A stretch of 64,000 nt of DNA from a virus: positions 64,001 through 128,000 of the IMG/VR virus record IMGVR_UViG_3300044971_002537; one strand, 5' to 3'. The stretch's first letter is position 1. Each line of letters starts with the position of its first letter. Below the pieces are notes generated by a model that was not told the DNA's origin, searched no databases, and was given only the letters and a program-made list of their open reading frames with translations. Made by a program: the position numbers and the translations under genes. Below are positions 13,507-23,264 of this stretch, piece after piece.

Positions 13507-14311
13507 TATAGCTAAGGCTAAGGGTAGACTCAGTAAAGCTGAGTGGGACTATATCGAGAAACACTGCGATAAGATGACGGCTGACCAGATGGCCAAAAAT
13601 CTTGGGCGGGATATCGAGCCCGTTAGGCTCTATCTGCAAAAAATCGGCAAGACCAAGAACAAGAAAGAGGCCTTTGAGGTTCAGGCCGAATATGACATCA
13701 AGACTCGCCCATTCTGGAAAGAGCTACAAGGACAGTTCAGTAAAGAGGAACTAGAGATGTTCCTTTATCACTGGAAGCAAATTATTGCCCAGTTCCGCAG
13801 AGACGTACTCGCAACTGAGGAACTTCAGATCATTGATACGATCAAACTAGAAGTCCTAATGAATAGGGCTCTTCGTGAGCAGCAGCAGACGATCGAGACC
13901 GTCAGAGATCTAGAAGAGCAGATTGCTGTAGAAGACGCCAAAGCAGTTGCCGATCGCGACAAGGAGCATCATTTCTCTTTACAGAGGCAGGTGGCTTCGC
14001 TGCGTTCCGCCAAAGAGGCTTTGGGTAGGGACTATAAGGAGCTACAAACTAAAAAATCGGCCATGTTCAAGGATCTTAAGGCCACTAGAGAGCAGCGAGT
14101 CCAAAAACTTGAAAGTAATAAGACTACCTTTGCTGGGTTAATGAGCAAGCTCCTACAGGACCCAGACTTCTTTGAAGAGCAAGGTAGATTGATGGAGATG
14201 ATGAGGCTTGCCGCACAGGGAGCCAAAGAAGAGCTTGGTTCTTATCACACCTTTGCTGATTCTAAGGTGGATCGTATCATTCTCTCGCATGAAACGGTTG
14301 GCGATGAATGA
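13496..14311 (+). CDS. HTH plus coiled-coil protein; candidate terminase small subunit
   Basis: N-terminal HTH-like MTADQMAKNLGRD, long coiled coil, position upstream of terminase. Confidence 0.4.
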   Translation: MASNIAKAKGRLSKAEWDYIEKHCDKMTADQMAKNLGRDIEPVRLYLQKIGKTKNKKEAFEVQAEYDIKTRPFWKELQGQFSKEELEMFLYHWKQIIAQFRRDVLATEELQIIDTIKLEVLMNRALREQQQTIETVRDLEEQIAVEDAKAVADRDKEHHFSLQRQVASLRSAKEALGRDYKELQTKKSAMFKDLKATREQRVQKLESNKTTFAGLMSKLLQDPDFFEEQGRLMEMMRLAAQGAKEELGSYHTFADSKVDRIILSHETVGDE

Positions 14312-14571
14312 AAAGAGATTATGACTGCCCATTTTATAAGGAAGCCAGACTTGCTTGTATCAAGCGAGACAAGAAGAGATGCCAAATGCCGGGGTGTAAG
14401 GCAAAGAAGAAGTTAGTGGTCCATCACATAGAAAGGTGGAGCGATGCCCCATCTCTTCGGTTCGAACTGTTCAACTTAGTAACTTTGTGTAAAACCTGCC
14501 ATGACTCCATAAAGGACAAGGAGCTTCATTATGCCCCTTTATTTAGGAGTATCATAAATGGATACAATTAA
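14308..14571 (+). CDS. Small HNH endonuclease (packaging-associated type)
   Basis: RDKKRCQMPGC...VHHI...NLVTLCKTCH. Confidence 0.85.
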   Translation: MKRDYDCPFYKEARLACIKRDKKRCQMPGCKAKKKLVVHHIERWSDAPSLRFELFNLVTLCKTCHDSIKDKELHYAPLFRSIINGYN

Positions 14572-15205
14572 GTCAATCATAGAAAACTACGGGACGATAT
14601 CGTTTGTCGTCGTTGGAGCTTTCGCCTTTATCGCACGCTGTAGGAGGTATATCAAAAATGCAATTAGATCCTTTGTACTCGGTGACCGCTTTCATGTCGT
14701 TTTTGGTGACAGCCCCGCAGAGGCTATTAAGGCGATTTATGACGCAATTCAGACCTCCTATGAGGTCTGTGAACTTCGGCAGCAGATTACAGAAAGGCAT
14801 ATCGAAATTGGAATATTCATCTGCGATACCAAAGGTAGATGCACATGGAGTAACTCATACCTCAATGAGTTATTTTGTCTTGACTCGAAAGATATGATGG
14901 GATTTGGATGGCTGCAAGCCGTTAGGCCGGGGGACAGGAAAAGAGTAAATGATCATTGGCTCTATTCTATACAAAACGACATCGCGTACGATTGTGACTA
15001 TACTCTAGTTAACAAGAAGAACAATTTGTTAACTGATATAACATCTACAGCTATGGCTGTAAAGGATGATACTGGCACTGTTCAGTGCTATCTAGGATAC
15101 GTCAAGGTAAATGCAATAAGGGGAACAAATGGAGATCTATTACGACACGAGGGAGAAAACTCCGTGGACATTCTTCACAGAGAAAACAACAAAGAAAACT
15201 CTTAA
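14558..15205 (+). CDS. N-terminal TM plus PAS-domain protein
   Basis: Hydrophobic ISFVVVGAFAFIA; GIFICDTKGRCTWSN...GFGWLQAVRPGDRKRV typical of PAS. Confidence 0.8.
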   Translation: MDTIKSIIENYGTISFVVVGAFAFIARCRRYIKNAIRSFVLGDRFHVVFGDSPAEAIKAIYDAIQTSYEVCELRQQITERHIEIGIFICDTKGRCTWSNSYLNELFCLDSKDMMGFGWLQAVRPGDRKRVNDHWLYSIQNDIAYDCDYTLVNKKNNLLTDITSTAMAVKDDTGTVQCYLGYVKVNAIRGTNGDLLRHEGENSVDILHRENNKENS

Positions 15206-15632
15206 GTGTGGAGATTACACCACATCTATCCTTATTGGCAAATATGCTGTAGAGAGAAAAGCATCTACTGGCGAAATCTATATGAATCTTGGCAGAACCA
15301 AGAATATGGAGCGATTCCATAGAGAAGTTGACAAGCTTCTTCTTTTAGAAAAGGCAGAATGCGTCTTTGAGTTTTCAGAGTCTGACATCTACTGCTTCCC
15401 TGAGAATTCTGGCATACCAAAGCTCAGAAGACCATCAGTAAAAGAGATAGCCAGTGGCAAATATTCTAGGGGAGAGAGAGTTGATGCTTGGTCGGAGCTT
15501 CGTATAAATGGGCGACATCTTAAAACCTTGATAGATAGAGTGGCGGCTAAAATGCCGGTAGTATTCTGCGGAAATCGGCGTAGTGCTGAAGATTATGTCC
15601 TTGGGCGATTTAAAGAGCTAGAGCAATGTTAG
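15129..15632 (+). CDS. ERCC4/XPF-family nuclease
   Basis: DTREK, LKCGDY, VERK motifs. Confidence 0.85.
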   Translation: MEIYYDTREKTPWTFFTEKTTKKTLKCGDYTTSILIGKYAVERKASTGEIYMNLGRTKNMERFHREVDKLLLLEKAECVFEFSESDIYCFPENSGIPKLRRPSVKEIASGKYSRGERVDAWSELRINGRHLKTLIDRVAAKMPVVFCGNRRSAEDYVLGRFKELEQC

Positions 15633-16159
15633 ACCTACTAACTCAGATCATCCAGTTTATTTGGGAACTTCTTCCAAGGCCCACAATTGTTGGCCCAATG
15701 GAGGAGGCAGTTTGTTTTTGGTTTGGCCGATGGGGGCGACGAAAAGGTCCGGGCCTCTATCTGATATGGCCACTTATCCAGTACTGGCGAGTTCACACAA
15801 TAGCAAGCCAAATCTGTGAGACTGCAATTATTGCTGTAACTTCCGCCGACGATAAAGACTGGCAGTGGAGGCTTGGGATCGAATATGAGATTCATGATGT
15901 CTTGAAGTATGAAACGGCACAGTTTAGCGGTCAGAACCATTTAGAAATGCTGGGTGGTGCTGCCCTAGTCCGAATTATCAGCCAATTGTCAGGTGATCAA
16001 ATTAAAGAAGCTGGTGTTTGGCGGATATGCAACAAGATCAAAACTAGAATTGCTGATTCGGCAGACCAGCGTGGAATGAGAGTACTAGGAGTTAGGCCCA
16101 TTATGGCGTCTCGCTGTCGGCCATTCTTTGTGTCTCAGGCAGAACGGCTAGTTGACTAG
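15626..16159 (+). CDS. SPFH/Band-7-like membrane protein
   Basis: IVGPMEEAVCFWFGR...GPGLYLIWPLIQ. Confidence 0.7.
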   Translation: MLDLLTQIIQFIWELLPRPTIVGPMEEAVCFWFGRWGRRKGPGLYLIWPLIQYWRVHTIASQICETAIIAVTSADDKDWQWRLGIEYEIHDVLKYETAQFSGQNHLEMLGGAALVRIISQLSGDQIKEAGVWRICNKIKTRIADSADQRGMRVLGVRPIMASRCRPFFVSQAERLVD

Positions 16160-16252
16160 GGCGTAACGGCATACAAGGGGTAGGTCGGCCCATTTTTTCT
16201 TTTACTGTGGGCTTCTTTCGCCCAATTCAAATTTAGTGGAACAACGTGCAGC

Positions 16253-18241
16253 TTGGAAAAATTAACCAAACAAGTCTTACGCGAACTCAACGAAGCATAT
16301 TTGACCAAGTATGTAAAGGAAGAGCCAGCATATAACCCATTAGATATCTTGAGAACAGACGATAACTTAGACTTCGAGAAAAAGGTAGCGTGGTTATTAT
16401 CTCAGCCTGAGTATTTTGCTTTTCTGTGTCATCACATTCTAAACGTAGACATACTACCATTCCAGAATGTGGTTCTTCAAGAATTGTGGGTAAGAAAATA
16501 CCCTATGCTAATCGGCAGTCGAGGAAGCTCTAAGAGCTTTATGCTTGCATTGTATTCCCTGATGCGTGCGTTGATTATGCCCAACAGGAGAATACTTGTT
16601 GCGGGAGCGGCCTTTAGACAGTCTAAGTTTATTCATGAATATATGGAAACCATATGGAAGGGGGCTCCTCTTTTAAGGGACTTAGTAGATCAAGATAGTG
16701 GTCCTACCAGATCTCCAGACATGTGTAGGTTTGGCATTAATGGGTCTACCATAACATGTATTCCAATTGGTACTGGTGAGAAGATAAGAGGGTATCGCTG
16801 CCAAGACCTATTGATCGAAGAATTCAGCTCTCACTCTAGGGAAATCTTTGAAACCGTTATCGCGGGCTTCGGTAACGTATCAGCCGCTCCTGCTGATGTG
16901 GTTAGAAGACGAGCCGCTGAAGAGATGGCCGCTGAAAGAGGAATTGACCCATTGTTGCTAGGAGCCAACGACCTAGCTATGGGAAATCAAATTATTTTGT
17001 GCGGAACTGCGTTCTATGATTTTAACCATTTCGCTGATTATTGGAAGAAGTATAAGCAGATTATTGCCTCAAAGGGTGATCCAAGGAGAGTCAGAGAGCT
17101 ATTTCCAGAGGGAGTCCCAGAGGGGTTCAATTGGAAAGATTATTCAGTAATTAGAATACCATACGAGGTTCTACCCAAGGGCTTTATGGATGAGGGAAAC
17201 GTGGCTAGATCTAAGGCGTCTGTTCATAGTGGTATCTTCAATATGGAATGGGGAGCGGTATTTGTCACTGATAGTAATGGGTTTTTCAAACGAAGCCTGA
17301 TCGAGTCTTGTGTTACTAATGAACATAATGAGGTTATTCTCCCATCTGGCCCAGTTGTATTCGATGCTGCGATAAAGGGCAACCCAGCCGCCAGATACAT
17401 CATAGGGGTCGACCCGGCTTCCGAAATCGACAACTTCTCCATAGTGGTCTTGGAACTCTATCAAGACCATAGAAGAATAGTACACTGCTGGACTACTACT
17501 CGTCAGTCTCACACGGAAAGAGTTAAGCTTGGTCTAACTACTGAGGATAACTTTTACAGTTACGCTGCTAGAAAGATTCGTGAGCTTATGCGTGTATTCC
17601 CTACTGAGCGTATCATGCTGGACTCTCAGGGGGGCGGTGTCGCGGTTAACGAAGCCCTACACGAAACCTCTAATTTGCATCCCGGCGAAGTCCCCTTCTG
17701 GCCCGTAATTGACGAAGACAAAGAGAAGCCGACAGATGATGAAGCTGGGCTCCATATCATTGAGTTGGTCAATTTCGCCAAGGCTGAATGGACCTCTGAG
17801 GCTAATCATGGTTTAAGAAAGGACCTAGAGGATAAGACCTTGTTGTTCCCTAAGTTCGATCCTATCGTCCTCGGTCTAGCCGCTGAACAAGATAAGATCA
17901 ATAATAAGCTCTATGACACACTAGAAGACTGTGTTATGGAAATTGAGGAGATGAAGAACGAGCTTGTCCTAATCGAGATAACCAAGACCCCGAATGGGCG
18001 AGATAGATGGGATACTCCGGACATCAAGGTTGGGGCTAACAAGAAAAAGAAGATGAGGAAGGATAGGTATTCTGCTTTACTGATGGCGAATATGGGGGCT
18101 AGAAACTTCTCGTTAGTTGGTCAGGCGGCATACGAAAGCTACGGAGGGTTCTCTAGTGGAGTAGTCGGTAAAAAGGCTAAGTTGGCCTACATTGCTCCGC
18201 AGTGGTTTAAGGATGCTCAAAATGCATATGATGGATATTGA
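16253..18241 (+). CDS. terL: Terminase large subunit
   Basis: Walker A SRGSSKS, GEKIRG, Walker B LLIEE, nuclease IIGVDPA, C-terminal KDRYSA. Confidence 0.9.
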   Translation: MEKLTKQVLRELNEAYLTKYVKEEPAYNPLDILRTDDNLDFEKKVAWLLSQPEYFAFLCHHILNVDILPFQNVVLQELWVRKYPMLIGSRGSSKSFMLALYSLMRALIMPNRRILVAGAAFRQSKFIHEYMETIWKGAPLLRDLVDQDSGPTRSPDMCRFGINGSTITCIPIGTGEKIRGYRCQDLLIEEFSSHSREIFETVIAGFGNVSAAPADVVRRRAAEEMAAERGIDPLLLGANDLAMGNQIILCGTAFYDFNHFADYWKKYKQIIASKGDPRRVRELFPEGVPEGFNWKDYSVIRIPYEVLPKGFMDEGNVARSKASVHSGIFNMEWGAVFVTDSNGFFKRSLIESCVTNEHNEVILPSGPVVFDAAIKGNPAARYIIGVDPASEIDNFSIVVLELYQDHRRIVHCWTTTRQSHTERVKLGLTTEDNFYSYAARKIRELMRVFPTERIMLDSQGGGVAVNEALHETSNLHPGEVPFWPVIDEDKEKPTDDEAGLHIIELVNFAKAEWTSEANHGLRKDLEDKTLLFPKFDPIVLGLAAEQDKINNKLYDTLEDCVMEIEEMKNELVLIEITKTPNGRDRWDTPDIKVGANKKKKMRKDRYSALLMANMGARNFSLVGQAAYESYGGFSSGVVGKKAKLAYIAPQWFKDAQNAYDGY

Positions 18242-18308
18242 GCTTCCTACGTCAGCTCGATCGTATTAAATTGTGCAAGCACAATTCAATTACAATCGGA
18301 ATAAGCAA

Positions 18309-20303
18309 ATGGCAGTAAAAAAGAGTGTTCCACAGACAACTAACGCGATTCTCCAAGATGAGGCTTTAGCCTCATACACCGGGTTGATGAGCACTTCTGC
18401 TAGTAATCGTAGATACCTATCGCTAGAGCCCAACATATCGGTTCGCGATGAGTACAATCGGGAAGACTATTATGGGTTCCGCCCTTCAGAGTCTCCAGAG
18501 GGTGATGCTAAGGGCATCATGCGAAAGTGCGTTAAGGCTTACAATAATGTTGGCCTTATCAAGCAGGTTATTGATTTGATGGGGGATTTTGCCTCTCAAG
18601 GTATTAGGATCTCCCATACTAACAAGAACATAGAGCGATTCTATCGTAGATGGTGGCAGAAGGTCAATGGAGCTGAACGTTCTGAACGTTTCCTCAACTA
18701 CCTATACAGACTTGGCAACGTCGTTGTCTATAAAGCCAACGGTAAAATTACTAAATCTGACCAGAAGGATATGTCGAGGGCTGAAAAGAGAGTTATCCCA
18801 TTCAGGTATGACTTTCTCAATCCACTAGTTGTTGAGGCAGATGGGGACTATTCTGACATCTTCGGCGGGGAGAAGAGCTACAAGATTAGGATTTCTTCCA
18901 AGACCAAGAATGCTATCGCCAATAAGAAGGCTGACCCATCTTTCCTAAAGGACGTAGACCCTAAGACTAGAAAGATGATTCTAGATGGTGCCGAGTTTAT
19001 CCCCTTAGACTCAGAGCGTCTATCACTCTATCATTACAAGAAGGATGATTGGGACGTATGGGCCAACCCAATGATTCATGCCATCTTAGATGATATTACT
19101 ATGATGGAGAAGATGAAGCTGGCAGATATGTCGGCTTTAGATGGGGCCATCTCTAATATACGACTATGGCGATTGGGTAGCCTAGAGCATAAAATCGCCC
19201 CAACTAGAGCAGCCGTAGATAAGCTCAGAGATGTACTAGCTAGTAATGTTGGTGGCGGAACTATGGACCTAGTCTGGGGTCCAGAGCTTGATTTCAAAGA
19301 ATCTACTAGCCAAATTTACCACTTCTTAGGTAGCGAGAAGTACGGCCCAGTACTTAACGCTGTATATGGGGGACTAGGAGTCCCACAAACCATGACCGGG
19401 ACCTCCTCTGGTGGGGGTTTCACTAATAATTACCTGAGCCTTAAGACCCTCATTGAGAAGCTTGAGTATGGCCGAGGCCTCCTAGAGAACTTCTGGAGGC
19501 TAGAGTTTGAGTCTATCGCTACTGCTATGGGCTTCCCATCTCCAGCGGAACTCCGCTTTGACAATATGATCCTGTCAGATGAGGCGGCTGAAAAGAACCT
19601 CTGGATTCAATTGTCAGATCGGCACATCATCTCGGCTGAAACCCTTCGAGAGAGATTCGGCGAGTCTAACGACATTGAAGAGTCACGAATCGCCAAAGAA
19701 GAAAAAGACAGAAAGAAGCGTAAATTGCCACCTAAATCTGATCCATTCCATAACGGCAACGTCGAGTCTGAGTTTGTGAAATTGGCCCTCACCAAAGACA
19801 CACTCAGCATTGAAGATGTGACAGATTATAAGGCAAGAAAGCCTCCTGTCCAGCCCGGAGTTGGAAATCCTGCCGGAAAGAAGCCGGTAAAAGATAATGG
19901 CCGACCTTTGTTCAAAAAGGATGCTGGTCCTAGGAAGCAGAGGAGAGTCCTCCCTAAGAGCAAGGCAGATTTGGCTAGTACTATCTTGTGGACCACAGAG
20001 GCCCAGAAGAAGATTTCGGCCATACTTAATCCAGTTATGCTTTCTCAGTATGGGTGTAGTTCTCTACGAGAACTGACAACGGCCCAGCAGGCCGAATTAG
20101 AGGAGATTAAGTTCGTGACCCTTTGTGGACTAGAACCATTCTCTCTAGTAGATACTGAGTCCGTGGCCGAGGCCATGGAGAAAAAGAAGAAAATAGACGC
20201 CCATCCTTTTTACCGAAACTTTTTGGCGACTCATAATAGACAGCCGACTATTGATGAGGCACGTCAAATAAACTGCTTAGCATATGCTTACGAAGAATTT
20301 TAA
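18309..20303 (+). CDS. Portal protein
   Basis: Follows terL; size and helical character fit a portal. Confidence 0.8.
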   Translation: MAVKKSVPQTTNAILQDEALASYTGLMSTSASNRRYLSLEPNISVRDEYNREDYYGFRPSESPEGDAKGIMRKCVKAYNNVGLIKQVIDLMGDFASQGIRISHTNKNIERFYRRWWQKVNGAERSERFLNYLYRLGNVVVYKANGKITKSDQKDMSRAEKRVIPFRYDFLNPLVVEADGDYSDIFGGEKSYKIRISSKTKNAIANKKADPSFLKDVDPKTRKMILDGAEFIPLDSERLSLYHYKKDDWDVWANPMIHAILDDITMMEKMKLADMSALDGAISNIRLWRLGSLEHKIAPTRAAVDKLRDVLASNVGGGTMDLVWGPELDFKESTSQIYHFLGSEKYGPVLNAVYGGLGVPQTMTGTSSGGGFTNNYLSLKTLIEKLEYGRGLLENFWRLEFESIATAMGFPSPAELRFDNMILSDEAAEKNLWIQLSDRHIISAETLRERFGESNDIEESRIAKEEKDRKKRKLPPKSDPFHNGNVESEFVKLALTKDTLSIEDVTDYKARKPPVQPGVGNPAGKKPVKDNGRPLFKKDAGPRKQRRVLPKSKADLASTILWTTEAQKKISAILNPVMLSQYGCSSLRELTTAQQAELEEIKFVTLCGLEPFSLVDTESVAEAMEKKKKIDAHPFYRNFLATHNRQPTIDEARQINCLAYAYEEF

Positions 20304-20330
20304 GAAAAAAGCAGAAAACTTACAATAGCT

Positions 20331-20342
20331 GCGTATTTAAAT
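20331..20342 (+). promoter_or_regulatory. Putative late promoter
   Basis: GCGTATTTAAAT just upstream of the protease RBS. Confidence 0.55.
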
Positions 20343-20355
20343 TATGAGGTAACCA

Positions 20356-21675
20356 ATGCAAGTATATGAAGCTGAAAAATTAGACAACTTATCTGACGCT
20401 CTTAAGAGCGTTAGTGTTGCTATGGTCTGCCCAATTACTAGCACGCAGTTACTTAGTGGAGATTCTGAGATAGCTGGAATAACACTAGCTTCAATTAGTG
20501 ATAGACCAGTTCAAGCAGATCTTTACTATCTAAATTCCATTCTAGTATCGGCGGGATGGAATAAAAACGACGATGTCTTTGACGTAGCAGACCTATGGGC
20601 GGCACGCGAAACACCAGTCGACAAGCCATTCAATTATATGCACGATGAGACAGACATCATTGGACATATGATTTCTTCAGCCGCAATGGGTGAGGATGGT
20701 GCCATTATTAACGAAGTTCCTCTTCCAGATAAGATGGACCTAGTTACTTCCGCCGTTATTTATAAGACTTGGGGCGACCCCGACCAGTCCATTCGAGTCA
20801 ATGACTTGATTGCTAAAATCGATGAGGGTCAATTAGCTGTATCTATGGAATGCGTATTTCGAAACTTCGATTATGCAGTTGTTGAACCTGATGGTTCACA
20901 AAAAGTTATAGCTAGAGACGAAAACTCTGCGTTCCTCACCAAGCATTTGCGGGCTTATGGTGGCACTGGATCGTATGAGGGCTACAAAATTGGCCGCTTG
21001 TTGAGAGACCTATATTTTTCTGGTAAGGGTCTTGTAGATAAGCCAGCAAATCCAAGAAGTGTTATCCTCCCGAAGGAAGTTAACCCATTCAAGCCCGTAG
21101 ATACTTTTTCCACATTGGCTATGGAGGTAGTGATGCCTGAAGATAATTCAGTGCAACTAGCAGAAGTCAACGCCTTGAAAGAGGCTCTCTCCACAGAGAA
21201 GGCTACTGCGAGCACTCTAGCGACAGAAGTCAGTGGTCATAAGGCCACTATCACTTCGCTTGAGACGAAAGTAAATGAACTAGAAGCCACTATCGCGACT
21301 ATTTCTCAGGAGAAACTGACCCTAAGTCAGGAGATCCAGAAGATGGTTTCTGAAGTGAAAGCTGCTGCAAGAAAGAACGCTCTTGTCACTGCTGGTGCAA
21401 CCGAAGATAAAGCAACAGAGTTGCTCTCTAAATTTGCAGATGCTACTGACGAGATGTTCGATGTAGTAGTAGCTCTAATTGTTAAGCCGACCCCTGTTAC
21501 GGACACTGAGTCGGTTGAAGTCGAAGTCGAGACAGAAACTGAAGCTCTAGAAACTGTAACCGAGGTTGATGAACCAGCAGTTGTAGTAGTTGAAGATTCT
21601 GTTGCTGACAAGATAAGCGTTGCCTCACAATGGCTGCGTGCTAGTGTCCTTCAGTCCACAAAAAATTCGAAATAA
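20356..21675 (+). CDS. Prohead protease/scaffold
   Basis: WNKNDDVF, HDE..IIGH, VSMEC, GLVDKPANP motifs plus acidic coiled-coil C-terminus. Confidence 0.8.
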   Translation: MQVYEAEKLDNLSDALKSVSVAMVCPITSTQLLSGDSEIAGITLASISDRPVQADLYYLNSILVSAGWNKNDDVFDVADLWAARETPVDKPFNYMHDETDIIGHMISSAAMGEDGAIINEVPLPDKMDLVTSAVIYKTWGDPDQSIRVNDLIAKIDEGQLAVSMECVFRNFDYAVVEPDGSQKVIARDENSAFLTKHLRAYGGTGSYEGYKIGRLLRDLYFSGKGLVDKPANPRSVILPKEVNPFKPVDTFSTLAMEVVMPEDNSVQLAEVNALKEALSTEKATASTLATEVSGHKATITSLETKVNELEATIATISQEKLTLSQEIQKMVSEVKAAARKNALVTAGATEDKATELLSKFADATDEMFDVVVALIVKPTPVTDTESVEVEVETETEALETVTEVDEPAVVVVEDSVADKISVASQWLRASVLQSTKNSK

Positions 21676-21685
21676 GGGGTAAGGC

Positions 21686-22135
21686 ATGTCACTAAAGGGT
21701 GATCGTTACGAGCTAGACACAGACATTTCATTTTTCATGAATGAAACTGCTACTCGTGGTTTGGTTGTTTCTGTAAGTACGGCGGGCTCAGGTGCCGCTA
21801 TGGATAGTGCTGTAGCTTTGGCGACAGTAAAAGCGAATCCATCTGGAGCATATCCTCTCGGGGTTCTGCTGAATGATATGGTCAACCTTGACCTGACTCG
21901 TCAGCACTTGAACCAGCACAAGGATGAAGTCCAGAAGGGTGGCAAGATTACTATCTTGCGTAAGGGATTCGTCACTACTGACGCTATCTCTGGTACACCA
22001 GCCGGTGGTCAAGATGCTTATCTTGCTGGTACTGGTCTTATTAGTGCCACTCAGGCCGCTGGGGCTCTGAAGGTCGGTCAGTTCCTTAGTTCTAAGGACG
22101 CTGATGGTTTCGCCAAGGTTTCAATCAATCTATAA
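21686..22135 (+). CDS. Head decoration/capsid cement protein
   Basis: Small Gly-rich beta protein between scaffold and capsid. Confidence 0.65.
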   Translation: MSLKGDRYELDTDISFFMNETATRGLVVSVSTAGSGAAMDSAVALATVKANPSGAYPLGVLLNDMVNLDLTRQHLNQHKDEVQKGGKITILRKGFVTTDAISGTPAGGQDAYLAGTGLISATQAAGALKVGQFLSSKDADGFAKVSINL

Positions 22136-22146
22136 GGGGTAATTTG

Positions 22147-23151
22147 ATGTCGTTCACTAAGCCGAATCCAGAGTTCATTGAAATGCTTAAGCAGTCTGGC
22201 GATACGTCGCCATCTGTAGCATATGCTGGTCAGGAGCAGATGGCGAAAGCTCTTCAGACTCCTCTCCGCGAAGCTATCTTGGTGGGAGACGTTACTGCTC
22301 CTATCTTTGAGAAGCTTACACTTGATGGCAATTCTACAGCCGAGTTCCCACTCGACCTGTTGAATCCCGGCGACGAAGTTGACTTCGTAGCCTATACGAA
22401 TCCCGGCCATGGTCGGATTCCAGAACGAGCAGTTGAAGGCGACTACATTCAGGTTCCGACCTATGGTATCGCTAACTCAATTGACTTCTTGGCACGATAT
22501 GCCCGTGACGCCCGCTGGGATGTTGCTGGTCGTGCTATGAAGGTGCTGGAAGCTGGCTTCGTTAAGAAGATTAACGACGATGCTTGGCACGTTCTGCTTG
22601 CCGCTGGCGTAGACCGAAACATCATGGTATATGATGCTGACGCTGCTGCTGGTCAGTTCACTAAGAGATTGGTTTCTCTTATGAAGTCGGTTATGCGAAG
22701 AAATGCTGGGGGTAACTCTGGCTCTATCTCTCGCGGTCGATTGACCGATATCTATCTTAGCCCAGAAGCTCTGGAAGATATTCGAAACTGGGGCGTGGAC
22801 ATTGTTGACGAAACGACTCGTAGAGAAATCTACGTCGCTAGCGACGATGGTGCTATTACCCGAATTTTCGGTATCAACCTCCATGCTATGGACGAGCTTG
22901 GTGAGTCACAGGAGTATCAGTCCTACTTTACTAGTCAGCTTTCTGGTGCCCTTGGCCCATCAAGCGACGTAGAGTTGGTTGTTGGTCTTGATATGACTAG
23001 CCGAGACTCCTTCATCATGCCTGTTCGGCAGGAAGTTATGATCTACCCAGATCCTAGCTACTTCCGTCAGGGAAGAGTTTCGTTCTTCGGAAATTGCGAG
23101 CTTGGCTTCGCAGCATTAGACAACCGTCGCATTTTGCTGGGTTCTCTCTAA
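22147..23151 (+). CDS. Major capsid protein (HK97-like)
   Basis: Position, ~335 aa, biased codon use, followed by a terminator. Confidence 0.85.
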   Translation: MSFTKPNPEFIEMLKQSGDTSPSVAYAGQEQMAKALQTPLREAILVGDVTAPIFEKLTLDGNSTAEFPLDLLNPGDEVDFVAYTNPGHGRIPERAVEGDYIQVPTYGIANSIDFLARYARDARWDVAGRAMKVLEAGFVKKINDDAWHVLLAAGVDRNIMVYDADAAAGQFTKRLVSLMKSVMRRNAGGNSGSISRGRLTDIYLSPEALEDIRNWGVDIVDETTRREIYVASDDGAITRIFGINLHAMDELGESQEYQSYFTSQLSGALGPSSDVELVVGLDMTSRDSFIMPVRQEVMIYPDPSYFRQGRVSFFGNCELGFAALDNRRILLGSL

Positions 23152-23174
23152 GAGAATTTTGGCCTAATCAAACT

Positions 23175-23211
23175 AAAGTCGCAGAAGTTAATCGCTTCTG
23201 CGATTTTTTTT
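23175..23211 (+). terminator. Rho-independent terminator
   Basis: AAAGTCGCAGAAG-ttaatcg-CTTCTGCGATTTTTTTT. Confidence 0.85.
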
Positions 23212-23264
23212 GGCTATAATGGATTTGCTGGCATCTCCGAATTTGGCGTAGAAAAAGGAAAATC

